From an uncultured Alphaproteobacteria bacterium (GTDB lineage: Bacteria > Pseudomonadota > Alphaproteobacteria > Rs-D84): a DNA stretch of 35,055 nt. The translations under genes and the position numbers were made by a program. The notes under the pieces were generated by a model. It searched no databases. It was not told the origin of the DNA and was given only the letters and a program-made list of their open reading frames with translations. Each line of letters begins with the position of its first letter. Position 1 is the first letter of the stretch. The stretch is taken from contig CAMOTP010000003.1 of assembly GCA_946625925.1 (NCBI GenBank), forward strand, positions 1-35,055. Direction: 5' to 3'. This document shows, piece after piece, positions 9,763 through 17,661 of this stretch.

Positions 9763-10320
9763 ATGGAAAACAAAGTTAAATTTGATTTATATAAAAAATT
9801 ATTATGCGAATGGTCTGGACGTATGAATTTGGTCGCGCCCAGCACATTAAATGATATAGATAACCGCCATATTGCTGATTCTGCACAATTGGCAGATTAT
9901 TTACCACGTGATACAGATATTATTGATTTGGGCAGTGGGGCAGGGTTTCCTGGTGTTGTTTTGGCTATTTTGGGTTGGCATGTTACATGTATTGAATCAA
10001 TTGGTAAAAAGGTTATGTTTTTGAATGAATTAAAAACACAACTGGAATTGGATAATTTAACGATTTATCATGGACGTGTCGAAGATTATATTTCAAAATT
10101 GCCACAAAATAAAAAATATATTTATACTGCGCGTGCATTTGCACCATTGATAAGAATTTTAGATTACGTCCATAAAACAAACTATGAATTATTTTTGTTA
10201 AAAGGACGCGATATAATGAATGAAATAAGTGTCGCAAAACAGAAATATCATTTTGATTTTAATATGTTTTCATCAAAAACCGGTGATGGATTTATTGTAA
10301 ATATAAAAAAAGACCGGTAA
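9763..10320 (+). CDS. rsmG: 16S rRNA m7G527 methyltransferase RsmG (GidB)
   Basis: W..RMNLVAPST, RHIADS, DLGSGAGFPG, ES..KK..FL, TARAFAPL, LKG. Lies upstream of parAB. Confidence 0.95.
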   Translation: MENKVKFDLYKKLLCEWSGRMNLVAPSTLNDIDNRHIADSAQLADYLPRDTDIIDLGSGAGFPGVVLAILGWHVTCIESIGKKVMFLNELKTQLELDNLTIYHGRVEDYISKLPQNKKYIYTARAFAPLIRILDYVHKTNYELFLLKGRDIMNEISVAKQKYHFDFNMFSSKTGDGFIVNIKKDR

Positions 10321-10335
10321 TTTCATATGAAATTA
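10318..10335. promoter_or_regulatory. Variant parS-like palindrome 1 (TAATTTCATATGAAATTA)
   Basis: Perfect 18-bp palindrome with a TTTCAnnTGAAA core at the rsmG stop, upstream of parA. Confidence 0.5.
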
Positions 10336-10400
10336 AAATTATTTTGTTGAAAAAACGGCAAAAATTAAAAAACACAAATAAAACCATAAATGAAATTGTT

Positions 10401-10428
10401 AAAAAATACCGGCAAATGCCGGTGTTTT
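10401..10428 (+). terminator. Intrinsic terminator-like hairpin after rsmG
   Basis: AAAAAATACCGGCA-AA-TGCCGGTGTTTT. Confidence 0.75.
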
Positions 10429-10473
10429 ATTATTGATATTGTGTTGTTGAAAAAATATAAAATTATTGTTTGT

Positions 10474-10489
10474 TATTTCATGTGAAATA
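10474..10489. promoter_or_regulatory. Variant parS-like site 2 (TATTTCATGTGAAATA)
   Basis: 13/16 match to the parS consensus TGTTTCACGTGAAACA with symmetric G>A and C>T changes, about 110 nt upstream of parA. Confidence 0.6.
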
Positions 10490-10540
10490 TACATTAATGT
10501 TTTGAATTTACTGATTTTTTTATTTTTATTTTTATATTGC

Positions 10541-10570
10541 TTGACCGAATCGAATAAATTTGCCTATTAT
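10541..10570 (+). promoter_or_regulatory. Putative sigma70 promoter of parAB
   Basis: TTGACC (10541-10546), 18-nt spacer, TATTAT (10565-10570), followed by an AAGGA SD-like sequence before ATG 10599. Confidence 0.5.
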
Positions 10571-10598
10571 TTGAATTGAAAAAAGGAAGTGAATTTAT

Positions 10599-11375
10599 AT
10601 GACAAGAATAATTGCTTTTGCGAATCAAAAGGGCGGTGTTGGTAAAACAACGACGGCTATAAATATTGGTGCATCATTGGCTGCAATTAAAAAACGTGTT
10701 TTGTTGATTGATTTGGATCAACAGGGCAATGCTGGAACTGGCTTGGGTTTTGTGCGTGCGGCACATAAACAAAGTGTTTACGGTGTCATAATGGGAACAG
10801 AAAATATTGCGGATAATATTTTGACAACGGCTGTTCCAGGGTTGCATCTGTTGCCGTCGGGAATTGAACTTGCTGGTGCCGAGGTTGATTTGCTGGATGT
10901 GGAAAATCGGGAATATCGTCTGCGCGACGCATTAAAACCGATATTAGGTTATTATGATTTTATTCTTTTGGATTGTCCGCCTGCATTGGGACATTTGACA
11001 TTAAATGCGTTAAATGCTGCGGATAGTGTTATAATTCCATTACAGTGCGAATTTTTTGCACTCGAAGGTATTCGTCAGTTGGTTAATACTATTAATATAG
11101 TGCAACAAAAATGGAATCCGGATTTAAAAATCTTGGGTGTGTTGTTAACTATGTACGACAAACGTTATTCCATGACGCGTGATGTTGAAAATGATGTGCG
11201 TAATACATTTGGTGACACTGTGTTCAAGACTGTAATTCCACGCAATGTTCGTGTGTCCGAGGCGCCCAGCCATGGAAAACCAGCATTGTTTTATGATTTT
11301 AATTCCACAGGCGCACAGAGTTATTTGCGTGTCGCAACAGAAATTGTAAATAAATTAGAACAAGGGGATAAATAA
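10599..11375 (+). CDS. parA: Chromosome partitioning ATPase ParA (Soj)
   Basis: NQKGGVGKTTT deviant Walker A, DLDQQGNA, LDCPPALG, IPLQCEFFALEG, IPRNVRVSEAPSHGKP. Confidence 0.97.
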   Translation: MTRIIAFANQKGGVGKTTTAINIGASLAAIKKRVLLIDLDQQGNAGTGLGFVRAAHKQSVYGVIMGTENIADNILTTAVPGLHLLPSGIELAGAEVDLLDVENREYRLRDALKPILGYYDFILLDCPPALGHLTLNALNAADSVIIPLQCEFFALEGIRQLVNTINIVQQKWNPDLKILGVLLTMYDKRYSMTRDVENDVRNTFGDTVFKTVIPRNVRVSEAPSHGKPALFYDFNSTGAQSYLRVATEIVNKLEQGDK

Positions 11376-11376
11376 T

Positions 11377-12255
11377 ATGGCATCAAAATTTGGTCTAGGC
11401 AGGGGGTTGGCAGATATCCAGGCGGAAATGGGTGCTGTTCCTGATATATCTATATTAACGGGTGGTGAACGTGTTGTTATAAAACAAATACCGCTTGTTC
11501 AAATTGGTGCAAATCCGGATCAGCCACGTAAAACATTTAACCAATCTGAATTAGAAGATTTGGCTGCATCTATAAAAGAAAAGGGTGTTTTGCAACCAAT
11601 TTTATTGCGTGCTGTCCGTGGACGCCCATACAGTTATGAAATTGTTGCGGGTGAACGTCGATATCGTGCGTCTAAAATGGCAGGGTTGTCTGAAATTCCT
11701 GCGGTTATAAAAGATTTAGATGATAATAATGCAATGGAAATTGCATTGATTGAAAATGTGCAACGTGAAAACCTGGACCCAATAGAAGAGGCCGCTGCAT
11801 ATAAAAATTTAATTGAAAAATGTAAATATGATATGTCTGATGTATCGCGATTAATTGGCAAATCAGACAGTTATATCAGAAATTCAATGCGTTTAATGGA
11901 TTTACCAAAATCTGTACGTGATATGGTGTCAAACGGTGTGATATCTGCATCGCATGCGCGTACGATTGCTGTTGCTGAAAATCCAGAAAAATTGGCAAAA
12001 GAAATAGTTGAAAACAAAATGTCTGTGGCGGATGTGGCATCACGTGTTAAAAATGTGAAACGCGCCAGTACCAGTCGTAAATTCAAAAACAAAACAATTG
12101 CGACATCTGATATCAATAAAATAGAAAAAGACATTCAAAAAGCATTAAATGTTTCCGTTAAAATCATAGAACGTCGTGGTGGGGCAGGGCAAATTGTTTT
12201 AAAATTCATAAATCGTATTGAAATGAATGAATTGATTGAAAAATTAACCAAATAA
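11377..12255 (+). CDS. parB: Chromosome partitioning CTPase ParB (Spo0J)
   Basis: GLGRGL ParA-activating motif, NPDQPRKTF, GVLQPI, IVAGERRYRA, ENVQRENL, HTH, SHAR. Confidence 0.97.
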   Translation: MASKFGLGRGLADIQAEMGAVPDISILTGGERVVIKQIPLVQIGANPDQPRKTFNQSELEDLAASIKEKGVLQPILLRAVRGRPYSYEIVAGERRYRASKMAGLSEIPAVIKDLDDNNAMEIALIENVQRENLDPIEEAAAYKNLIEKCKYDMSDVSRLIGKSDSYIRNSMRLMDLPKSVRDMVSNGVISASHARTIAVAENPEKLAKEIVENKMSVADVASRVKNVKRASTSRKFKNKTIATSDINKIEKDIQKALNVSVKIIERRGGAGQIVLKFINRIEMNELIEKLTK

Positions 12256-12273
12256 AACTGAAATCAAAATGTT

Positions 12274-12305
12274 AAAAAAACACCGGCATTTGCCGGTGTT
12301 TTTTT
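12274..12305. terminator. Bidirectional terminator between parB and pal
   Basis: A7-CACCGGCA-TT-TGCCGGTG-T7 between convergent genes. Confidence 0.85.
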
Positions 12306-12321
12306 GAATTTTAACAAACTA

Positions 12322-12738
12322 TTATTTAACAGTTGTTGTTGCGTTACGGTTCATTTTCCAAACGGCTTCGCCTGTGCCTTTTACCAAAGGACGTTCTTTA
12401 CCATAGGAAATTGTAGAAATACGTTTAGCATCGATACCGTCTTTTACTAACACTGATTTAGCAGCGTTTGCACGACGTGCACCCAAAGCCAAGTTGTATT
12501 CTGTGGAACCACGTTCGTCGCAATTACCAGCAATTTGTACTTTTACATCTTCGTGATTTTTCATGTACAAAGATTGACCCAACAACATATCGTTGGCTTC
12601 GTCAGAAATTTCAGAAGAATTAAATGCGAAGAACACGCGTTGATTATTCAAGTCAGCTGGTTCAACGACACTGGAACCGCCACAAGCGGCCAACATGCCT
12701 GCAACACCTGCCAACAAAGCAAAGTTTTTTATTTTCAT
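12322..12738 (-). CDS. pal: Peptidoglycan-associated lipoprotein Pal (OmpA-like domain)
   Basis: Lipobox LAAC, GNCDERGSTEYNLALGARRA, ISYGKERP, NR motif. Confidence 0.93.
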   Translation of the reverse strand: MKIKNFALLAGVAGMLAACGGSSVVEPADLNNQRVFFAFNSSEISDEANDMLLGQSLYMKNHEDVKVQIAGNCDERGSTEYNLALGARRANAAKSVLVKDGIDAKRISTISYGKERPLVKGTGEAVWKMNRNATTTVK

Positions 12739-12775
12739 GAAAATACTCCCTTGAGTTTTTTGTTACTCGTGCTAT

Positions 12776-12804
12776 ATTTTATATCAACATAATCGTAAAA
12801 GCAA
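12776..12804 (-). promoter_or_regulatory. Putative sigma70 promoter of pal
   Basis: Minus strand TTGCTT (12804-12799), 17-nt spacer, TAAAAT (12781-12776). Confidence 0.5.
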
Positions 12805-12820
12805 GGAAAAACATAAAAAA

Positions 12821-13588
12821 ATGAATGATTATAGCATAAAAGACCTAGATTTGGCTGGTGTTCGTTGGGAAATTGCTGATGTTCCGCTTGCTTTACGCGC
12901 TAAATGGAATCAAGAATCTAAAACTACATCTGAACCTGCTGTTAATACCGATAATGACACAACCAGGGTTATGGTTGTCCCTCCAATCGCGCCAGTGGCA
13001 ACGGTTTCGGTTGATACGGCTGTATCAATGGCGGCACGTCCAACAGATATTGATAATCTGATTCGTTTAATTAACGAATTTAATCATCCTTTGCGTGCTG
13101 CGGTGACAACGACTGTTTTGCCCAGTATTGCAAAAAATCCTAATGGTTTGGTTGTCGTGACAGATGTCCCCGGCAGTGATGATGATGCATCTGGTTGTGT
13201 GTTATCTGGTGGGGCAGGGGAATTATTTGATAAAATGTTGGCGGCAATTGGTATGGGACGTGATACAGTGTCAATTATTCCAATTATATTTTGGCGCACC
13301 CCTGGTGGACGTACACCGTCCGAATCTGAATTGTCTTTGACGCGCCCATTTGTGAACAGATTGTTGGAATTTTTGCATCCAAAAATGATTTTAACATTGG
13401 GGGCTTTGCCAGCCCAAGAAATTGCCAATGTCCAACTGTCGCACGCACATGGCAAGGTTAACGATACCGCTGATGGAATAAAAGTTATGTCGATATATCA
13501 TCCAAATTATTTGTTGTTAAAACCATCTGCAAAACGCGATGTTTGGACTGCTTTACAAGAATTGCAAAATATGTTGAAAAATCAATAA
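12821..13588 (+). CDS. Uracil-DNA glycosylase family 4-like protein with degenerate motifs
   Basis: PG.DDD.SG..LSG.AGELFDKML.AIG, WRTPGGRTP, P.MILTLG and YHPNYLL..P..KR.VW..L align with UDG-F4 motifs. Confidence 0.8.
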   Translation: MNDYSIKDLDLAGVRWEIADVPLALRAKWNQESKTTSEPAVNTDNDTTRVMVVPPIAPVATVSVDTAVSMAARPTDIDNLIRLINEFNHPLRAAVTTTVLPSIAKNPNGLVVVTDVPGSDDDASGCVLSGGAGELFDKMLAAIGMGRDTVSIIPIIFWRTPGGRTPSESELSLTRPFVNRLLEFLHPKMILTLGALPAQEIANVQLSHAHGKVNDTADGIKVMSIYHPNYLLLKPSAKRDVWTALQELQNMLKNQ

Positions 13589-13631
13589 ATATATACAATA
13601 ATTACCCCAGGTAATTACAAAGGAGCCTACA

Positions 13632-14192
13632 ATTAAACCAAATATGAATAACCGTGATAATCGGCGCGATAACGGTCCGCGCATAAATAATCGGATTTTT
13701 GCAAAATCTGTTCAGGTAATAAATTACGATGGCCAAAATCTTGGTGTTATGCAAACATCGGCTGCACTGGAATTGGCTGCAAATGCTGGTCTTGATTTGG
13801 TCGAGATAAACAGCAATGCTGAAAATCCAGTTGTGAAAATTATGGATTATGGCAAATATAAATACGAACAAAAGAAACGTGCGTCCGAGGCGCGCAAAAA
13901 TCAAAAAACTGTTGGTTTGCGCGATGTATGGGTAAAGCCATTTATTGAAGAAAACGACCTGAATATAAAAATGAAAAAGGTTTTTGAATTCTTGGACGAT
14001 GGCGACAAGGTTAAAATTTCAGTTATGACTCGTGGGCGTAAAACTGTTTTGGCCCAGGGACGTGATGCTGTTCCTGAATTATTTGCACACATTATGGAAA
14101 TAATTGGTGAACGTGGTACATTGGAATCTAAATCAAAACCAGACGAACGAACAAAATCAATTATTATTGCGCCAGCCAAGGCTGCAAAATAA
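13632..14192 (+). CDS. infC: Translation initiation factor IF-3, probable ATT start
   Basis: INNRI, GLDLVEI, PVVKIMDYGKYKYE, GDKVKI. AGGAG SD at 13621-13625 sits 6 nt before an in-frame ATT at 13632; the first ATG is at 13644. Confidence 0.95.
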   Translation: MKPNMNNRDNRRDNGPRINNRIFAKSVQVINYDGQNLGVMQTSAALELAANAGLDLVEINSNAENPVVKIMDYGKYKYEQKKRASEARKNQKTVGLRDVWVKPFIEENDLNIKMKKVFEFLDDGDKVKISVMTRGRKTVLAQGRDAVPELFAHIMEIIGERGTLESKSKPDERTKSIIIAPAKAAK

Positions 14193-14223
14193 AAAAACAC
14201 CGCCCAAATGGGCGGTATTTTTT
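14193..14223. terminator. Bidirectional terminator between infC and ybaB
   Basis: AAAAACACCGCCCA-AA-TGGGCGGTATTTTTT. Confidence 0.85.
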
Positions 14224-14521
14224 AAAATGGCAAATCAACGCCTGCGGTGGCTTGTGACATCGCTTTGTCAATCAAGACATCTGCTTTGCTTTTTGCATCT
14301 AAAAACGCGTCACGGACGATTTTAGATAGGTCTGCGGCACTATTTTTCATCGCATTGTCTGATATAATGACATTAATAATATCATATTTTCCTGTCATTT
14401 CGACTATGCAATCACCATTACCAGCCAAACCTTTAACAGTAATTTTTGCTAAAGAATCTTGGGCGGCACCAACTTTTGCTTGTAATTCTTTGGCCTGGGC
14501 CATCATTTCATTTAAATCCAT
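14222..14521 (-). CDS. YbaB/EbfC family nucleoid-associated protein
   Basis: MMAQAKELQ.K...AQ..L....V.G.AGNG...V.MTG, AFLDA, C-terminal LPF. Confidence 0.9.
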   Translation of the reverse strand: MDLNEMMAQAKELQAKVGAAQDSLAKITVKGLAGNGDCIVEMTGKYDIINVIISDNAMKNSAADLSKIVRDAFLDAKSKADVLIDKAMSQATAGVDLPF

Positions 14522-14904
14522 TATTTTGTCCTTTGTTTTTTCATTTGTAGTAATTGTATTGATGTTGTTGGCACATTGTGTTCTTTTGCAAAATTCTCAT
14601 CCAATAGATGGAAAGGAATTGCTTGTTCATTAGCAAATTCTGCAACCTCATCTTGGGACCAAAATGCAAAATGATCATTAATGCCATATAACAGCCATTC
14701 GCCGTTTTGGCGATAATAAATGGCATAATAATAGTACGGTTTGGAAAGACAGGTTAAAAATGTATCTTGTGGTTCTTTTTCTAAGCAGCCGAACCGTATG
14801 TGTTGTTTCAACTTGTGTCGATAAATCATGGCCTTGTGCACAGAATAGCCATTTGTTTCCGCCCATCTTGCAGCATGTGTATTTCTGATGTGTTTAATTT
14901 TCAT
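14521..14904 (-). CDS. Hypothetical protein, 127 aa (ORFan A)
   Basis: Fills the gap exactly: the stop overlaps the ybaB start by 1 nt, a GGGGA SD-like sequence lies upstream, and it starts 1 nt after ORFan B. No family recognised. Confidence 0.75.
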   Translation of the reverse strand: MKIKHIRNTHAARWAETNGYSVHKAMIYRHKLKQHIRFGCLEKEPQDTFLTCLSKPYYYYAIYYRQNGEWLLYGINDHFAFWSQDEVAEFANEQAIPFHLLDENFAKEHNVPTTSIQLLQMKKQRTK

Positions 14905-14905
14905 A

Positions 14906-15289
14906 TCATCTTTCCCCGTATATGCTCATCATCATAGCAGCATATTCTGGAACATTAAACATTTTTTGTTGTGTTTTATTAAAAGCATAACACGTTAAAA
15001 AATATTTAGAAAAACGTTCGGCTTCTTCATAAGTCTTAAACGGTTTTTGTGAACTTTTCCAATAGAAATCTGCAAAATGCCAATGCCAATCATAACCATT
15101 GGATTGTTTTTCAATAAAACAGCCGGATAAAAAGCGAAGTGTTCCATTGTCGTAATTACCAAGCATATAGTTGCGAATTGATGGAATATCTTTTTTATTA
15201 CAGCGTAAAAAACGCGCCCATTGTGCATCGGACCAATTACGGCTTGCGTCATACATTGATGTATCAGTGTACAGATAATTTTGTGCCAT
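14906..15289 (-). CDS. Hypothetical protein, 127 aa (ORFan B)
   Basis: Strong AAGGAG SD before the ATG, just downstream of the pnp terminator. No family recognised. Confidence 0.78.
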   Translation of the reverse strand: MAQNYLYTDTSMYDASRNWSDAQWARFLRCNKKDIPSIRNYMLGNYDNGTLRFLSGCFIEKQSNGYDWHWHFADFYWKSSQKPFKTYEEAERFSKYFLTCYAFNKTQQKMFNVPEYAAMMMSIYGER

Positions 15290-15303
15290 TTTTTTCTCCT
15301 TTT

Positions 15304-15339
15304 CAAAACAAAGGGGGGCTAATATTTTTTTGCCCCCCT
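15304..15339 (-). terminator. Intrinsic terminator after pnp
   Basis: Minus strand AGGGGGGC-12-nt loop-GCCCCCCT followed by TTGTTTTG. Confidence 0.75.
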
Positions 15340-15360
15340 GTCGTTAATTTTTGGCGATAA

Positions 15361-17538
15361 TTATTTAACTTCTTCGCCTGTTTTTTGATTGATACCAACC
15401 ATGGACATACGTGTTTTACCACGTTTATCCATACCCAGATATCTTACATACACAGTATCGCCTTCTTTGATTTTTGCATCTTCGATTTTATTCAAACGTT
15501 CACCTGTGATTTCAGAAATATGAACCATAGATTCAAAACCGTTCAAAATTTTCACGAATAAACCAAAATCTTTGATGCCGGAAACAACGCCCTTGTAAAT
15601 TTCGCCAACTTCTGGTTCTGCGACAATCTCTTTGATGCGTGCAATCGCATTATCTGCATCTTCCTTGGATGTTGCCATAATTTTAACAGTACCGTCATCT
15701 TCTAAATCAATTGTTGTGTTTGTTTCACGAACTAATGCTTGAATAACGACACCGCCTTTACCAATAACATCACGAACTTTATCAGGATTTATTTTCATCT
15801 GATACATTTGTGGTGCATATTCCGAAACTGTTGCACGTGGGGCCTTGATTGCCTTTTCAATCTTGCCCAATATGTGCATACGGCCATCTTTTGCCTGTGC
15901 CAATGCATGTTTCATAATATCAAATGTAATAGATGTGATTTTAATATCCATCTGTAAAGCGGTGATGCCTTCTTTTGTTCCGGTCACTTTAAAGTCCATA
16001 TCACCCAAATGATCTTCGTCACCTAAAATATCGGTCAGAATTGCATAGTCATCACCTTCCTTGATTAATCCCATGGCGATACCTGCAACAGGGCGTGTTA
16101 ATGGCACACCACCGTCCATCATTGCCAATGTTGCACCGCATGTTGTTGCCATAGATGATGAACCATTAGATTCCAAAATGTCAGAACATACACGAACAAC
16201 ATAATCAAATTTTTCACGACTTGGCATCATTGGATGCAACGCACGCCACGCCAAATTACCATGACCTAATTCACGGCGACCAGGCGACTTCAAACCTTTG
16301 GCTTCACCAACAGAATAACCTGGGAAATTATAGTTCAAAATGAAATCTCGTTCGTCTGCACCATCCAAAGATTCAATTGGTAATGCATCTTTGGCACCAC
16401 CCAATGTTAATGACACCAATGCCTGGGTTTCACCACGTGTAAACAATGCAGACCCATGTGCGCGTGGTAATACACCCAATTCAATTTCAATTGGACGAAC
16501 AGTTTTTGTATCTCTTCCGTCAATACGTGGTTTTCCAGCCAAAATGTTTCCACGCATAATTTTTGCTGTTAAACCTTCGATAATTTCATCAGCCCATGAT
16601 TCCAAAGTGGATGTTGCTGTTGTTGTGTCGCTGAATAATTCAGGTATGCGTGCCTTGGCAGCAGCGTGAATTTCAGCCAATGTCGCCAATCTATCTAACT
16701 TTTCTTTAATTAACAAAGCATCGCTGATTTGGCCTTCGAATGATGTGAAATCTTTTTCCATAGCGATGTATTCTTCGCTGTTTTGTGGAATTTCCCAGCG
16801 TTCTTTCCCAGCGTTTGCAACCAATTCGTTAATAGCCGCAATAACATCTTGTTGTGCGTCAAAACCAAATTTCACAGCACCCAATGTTGTTTCTTCATCC
16901 AATTCGCCAATTTCAGATTCAACCATCAAAACACCATCTTTGGTTGCAGATACGACCAAATCCATTTCAGATTTTGTATCAATATCTGATTTTGAAGGAT
17001 TCAAAACATATTTACCATCAATATAACCAACACGTGCCGCACCAATTGGTCCTTGGAAAGGAACACCAGACAAAGCCAATGCTGCGCTTGAGGCAATCAT
17101 AGACAAGATATCAGGTTGATTCTTTTTATCATATGAAAACACCTGGGCAATAATTTGCACTTTGTTTTTGAATGTTTCTGGGAACAAAGGACGAATAGGA
17201 CGGTCAATCAAACGTGCAATCAATGTTTCAGAAACAGATGCTTTGCCTTCACGTCTATCGCGTGAACCCGGAATACGACCCGCAGATGCAAATTTTTCTT
17301 GATAATCGACAGTCAAAGGAAAGAAATCTTGACCTTCGACAGCGGTCTTTTCGGCACACACAGTTGCCAAAACCATTGTGCCACCCATCGTTGCCAAAAC
17401 AGCACCATTTGCCTGTTTCGCCATACGACCGGTTTCTAAACGCAATGTTTCATCACCGTATTTGATTTCCACAGCCACAGGATGATTCAAAGGATGTTCT
17501 GCATCTTTTTCATTTTTATTAAATAAACCAAATAACAT
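15361..17538 (-). CDS. pnp: Polyribonucleotide nucleotidyltransferase (PNPase)
   Basis: ETGRMAKQANGAV, FFPLTVDYQEK, RLIDRPIRPLF, RIDGR, HGSALFTRGETQ, ESNGSSSMA, EDHLGDMDFKV, KH and S1 domains. Start 17538 chosen because GGAGA precedes it; ATG 17550 is an alternative. Confidence 0.98.
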   Translation of the reverse strand: MLFGLFNKNEKDAEHPLNHPVAVEIKYGDETLRLETGRMAKQANGAVLATMGGTMVLATVCAEKTAVEGQDFFPLTVDYQEKFASAGRIPGSRDRREGKASVSETLIARLIDRPIRPLFPETFKNKVQIIAQVFSYDKKNQPDILSMIASSAALALSGVPFQGPIGAARVGYIDGKYVLNPSKSDIDTKSEMDLVVSATKDGVLMVESEIGELDEETTLGAVKFGFDAQQDVIAAINELVANAGKERWEIPQNSEEYIAMEKDFTSFEGQISDALLIKEKLDRLATLAEIHAAAKARIPELFSDTTTATSTLESWADEIIEGLTAKIMRGNILAGKPRIDGRDTKTVRPIEIELGVLPRAHGSALFTRGETQALVSLTLGGAKDALPIESLDGADERDFILNYNFPGYSVGEAKGLKSPGRRELGHGNLAWRALHPMMPSREKFDYVVRVCSDILESNGSSSMATTCGATLAMMDGGVPLTRPVAGIAMGLIKEGDDYAILTDILGDEDHLGDMDFKVTGTKEGITALQMDIKITSITFDIMKHALAQAKDGRMHILGKIEKAIKAPRATVSEYAPQMYQMKINPDKVRDVIGKGGVVIQALVRETNTTIDLEDDGTVKIMATSKEDADNAIARIKEIVAEPEVGEIYKGVVSGIKDFGLFVKILNGFESMVHISEITGERLNKIEDAKIKEGDTVYVRYLGMDKRGKTRMSMVGINQKTGEEVK

Positions 17539-17578
17539 AGTTTTCTCCATATTTTTTATTATTATTTACTTAAATTTT

Positions 17579-17650
17579 GCGGAGAAAATCATTCGTTTTT
17601 ACACTCGCGGACATTTTATAAAAGTGCAAAAATGAACAATTCCCCTCCGC
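17579..17650 (-). promoter_or_regulatory. Long stem-loop in the pnp 5' leader (putative RNase III site)
   Basis: mRNA GCGGAGGGGAAUUGUUCAUUUUUGCACU pairs with AGUGUAAAAACGAAUGAUUUUCUCCGC: about 26 bp with five G-U pairs that form only on the pnp strand. Confidence 0.7.
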
Positions 17651-17661
17651 GAACCTGTCCT

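Noticed and set aside
10321-10598. AT-rich rsmG-parA gap as oriC
   Set aside because: I found no DnaA-box cluster or CtrA TTAA-N7-TTAA site. A terminator, parS-like sites and a promoter explain the gap.
10710-10733. ParA DLDQQGNA instead of the usual DLDPQGNA
   Set aside because: A single substitution with all other motifs intact; too little to infer a functional change.
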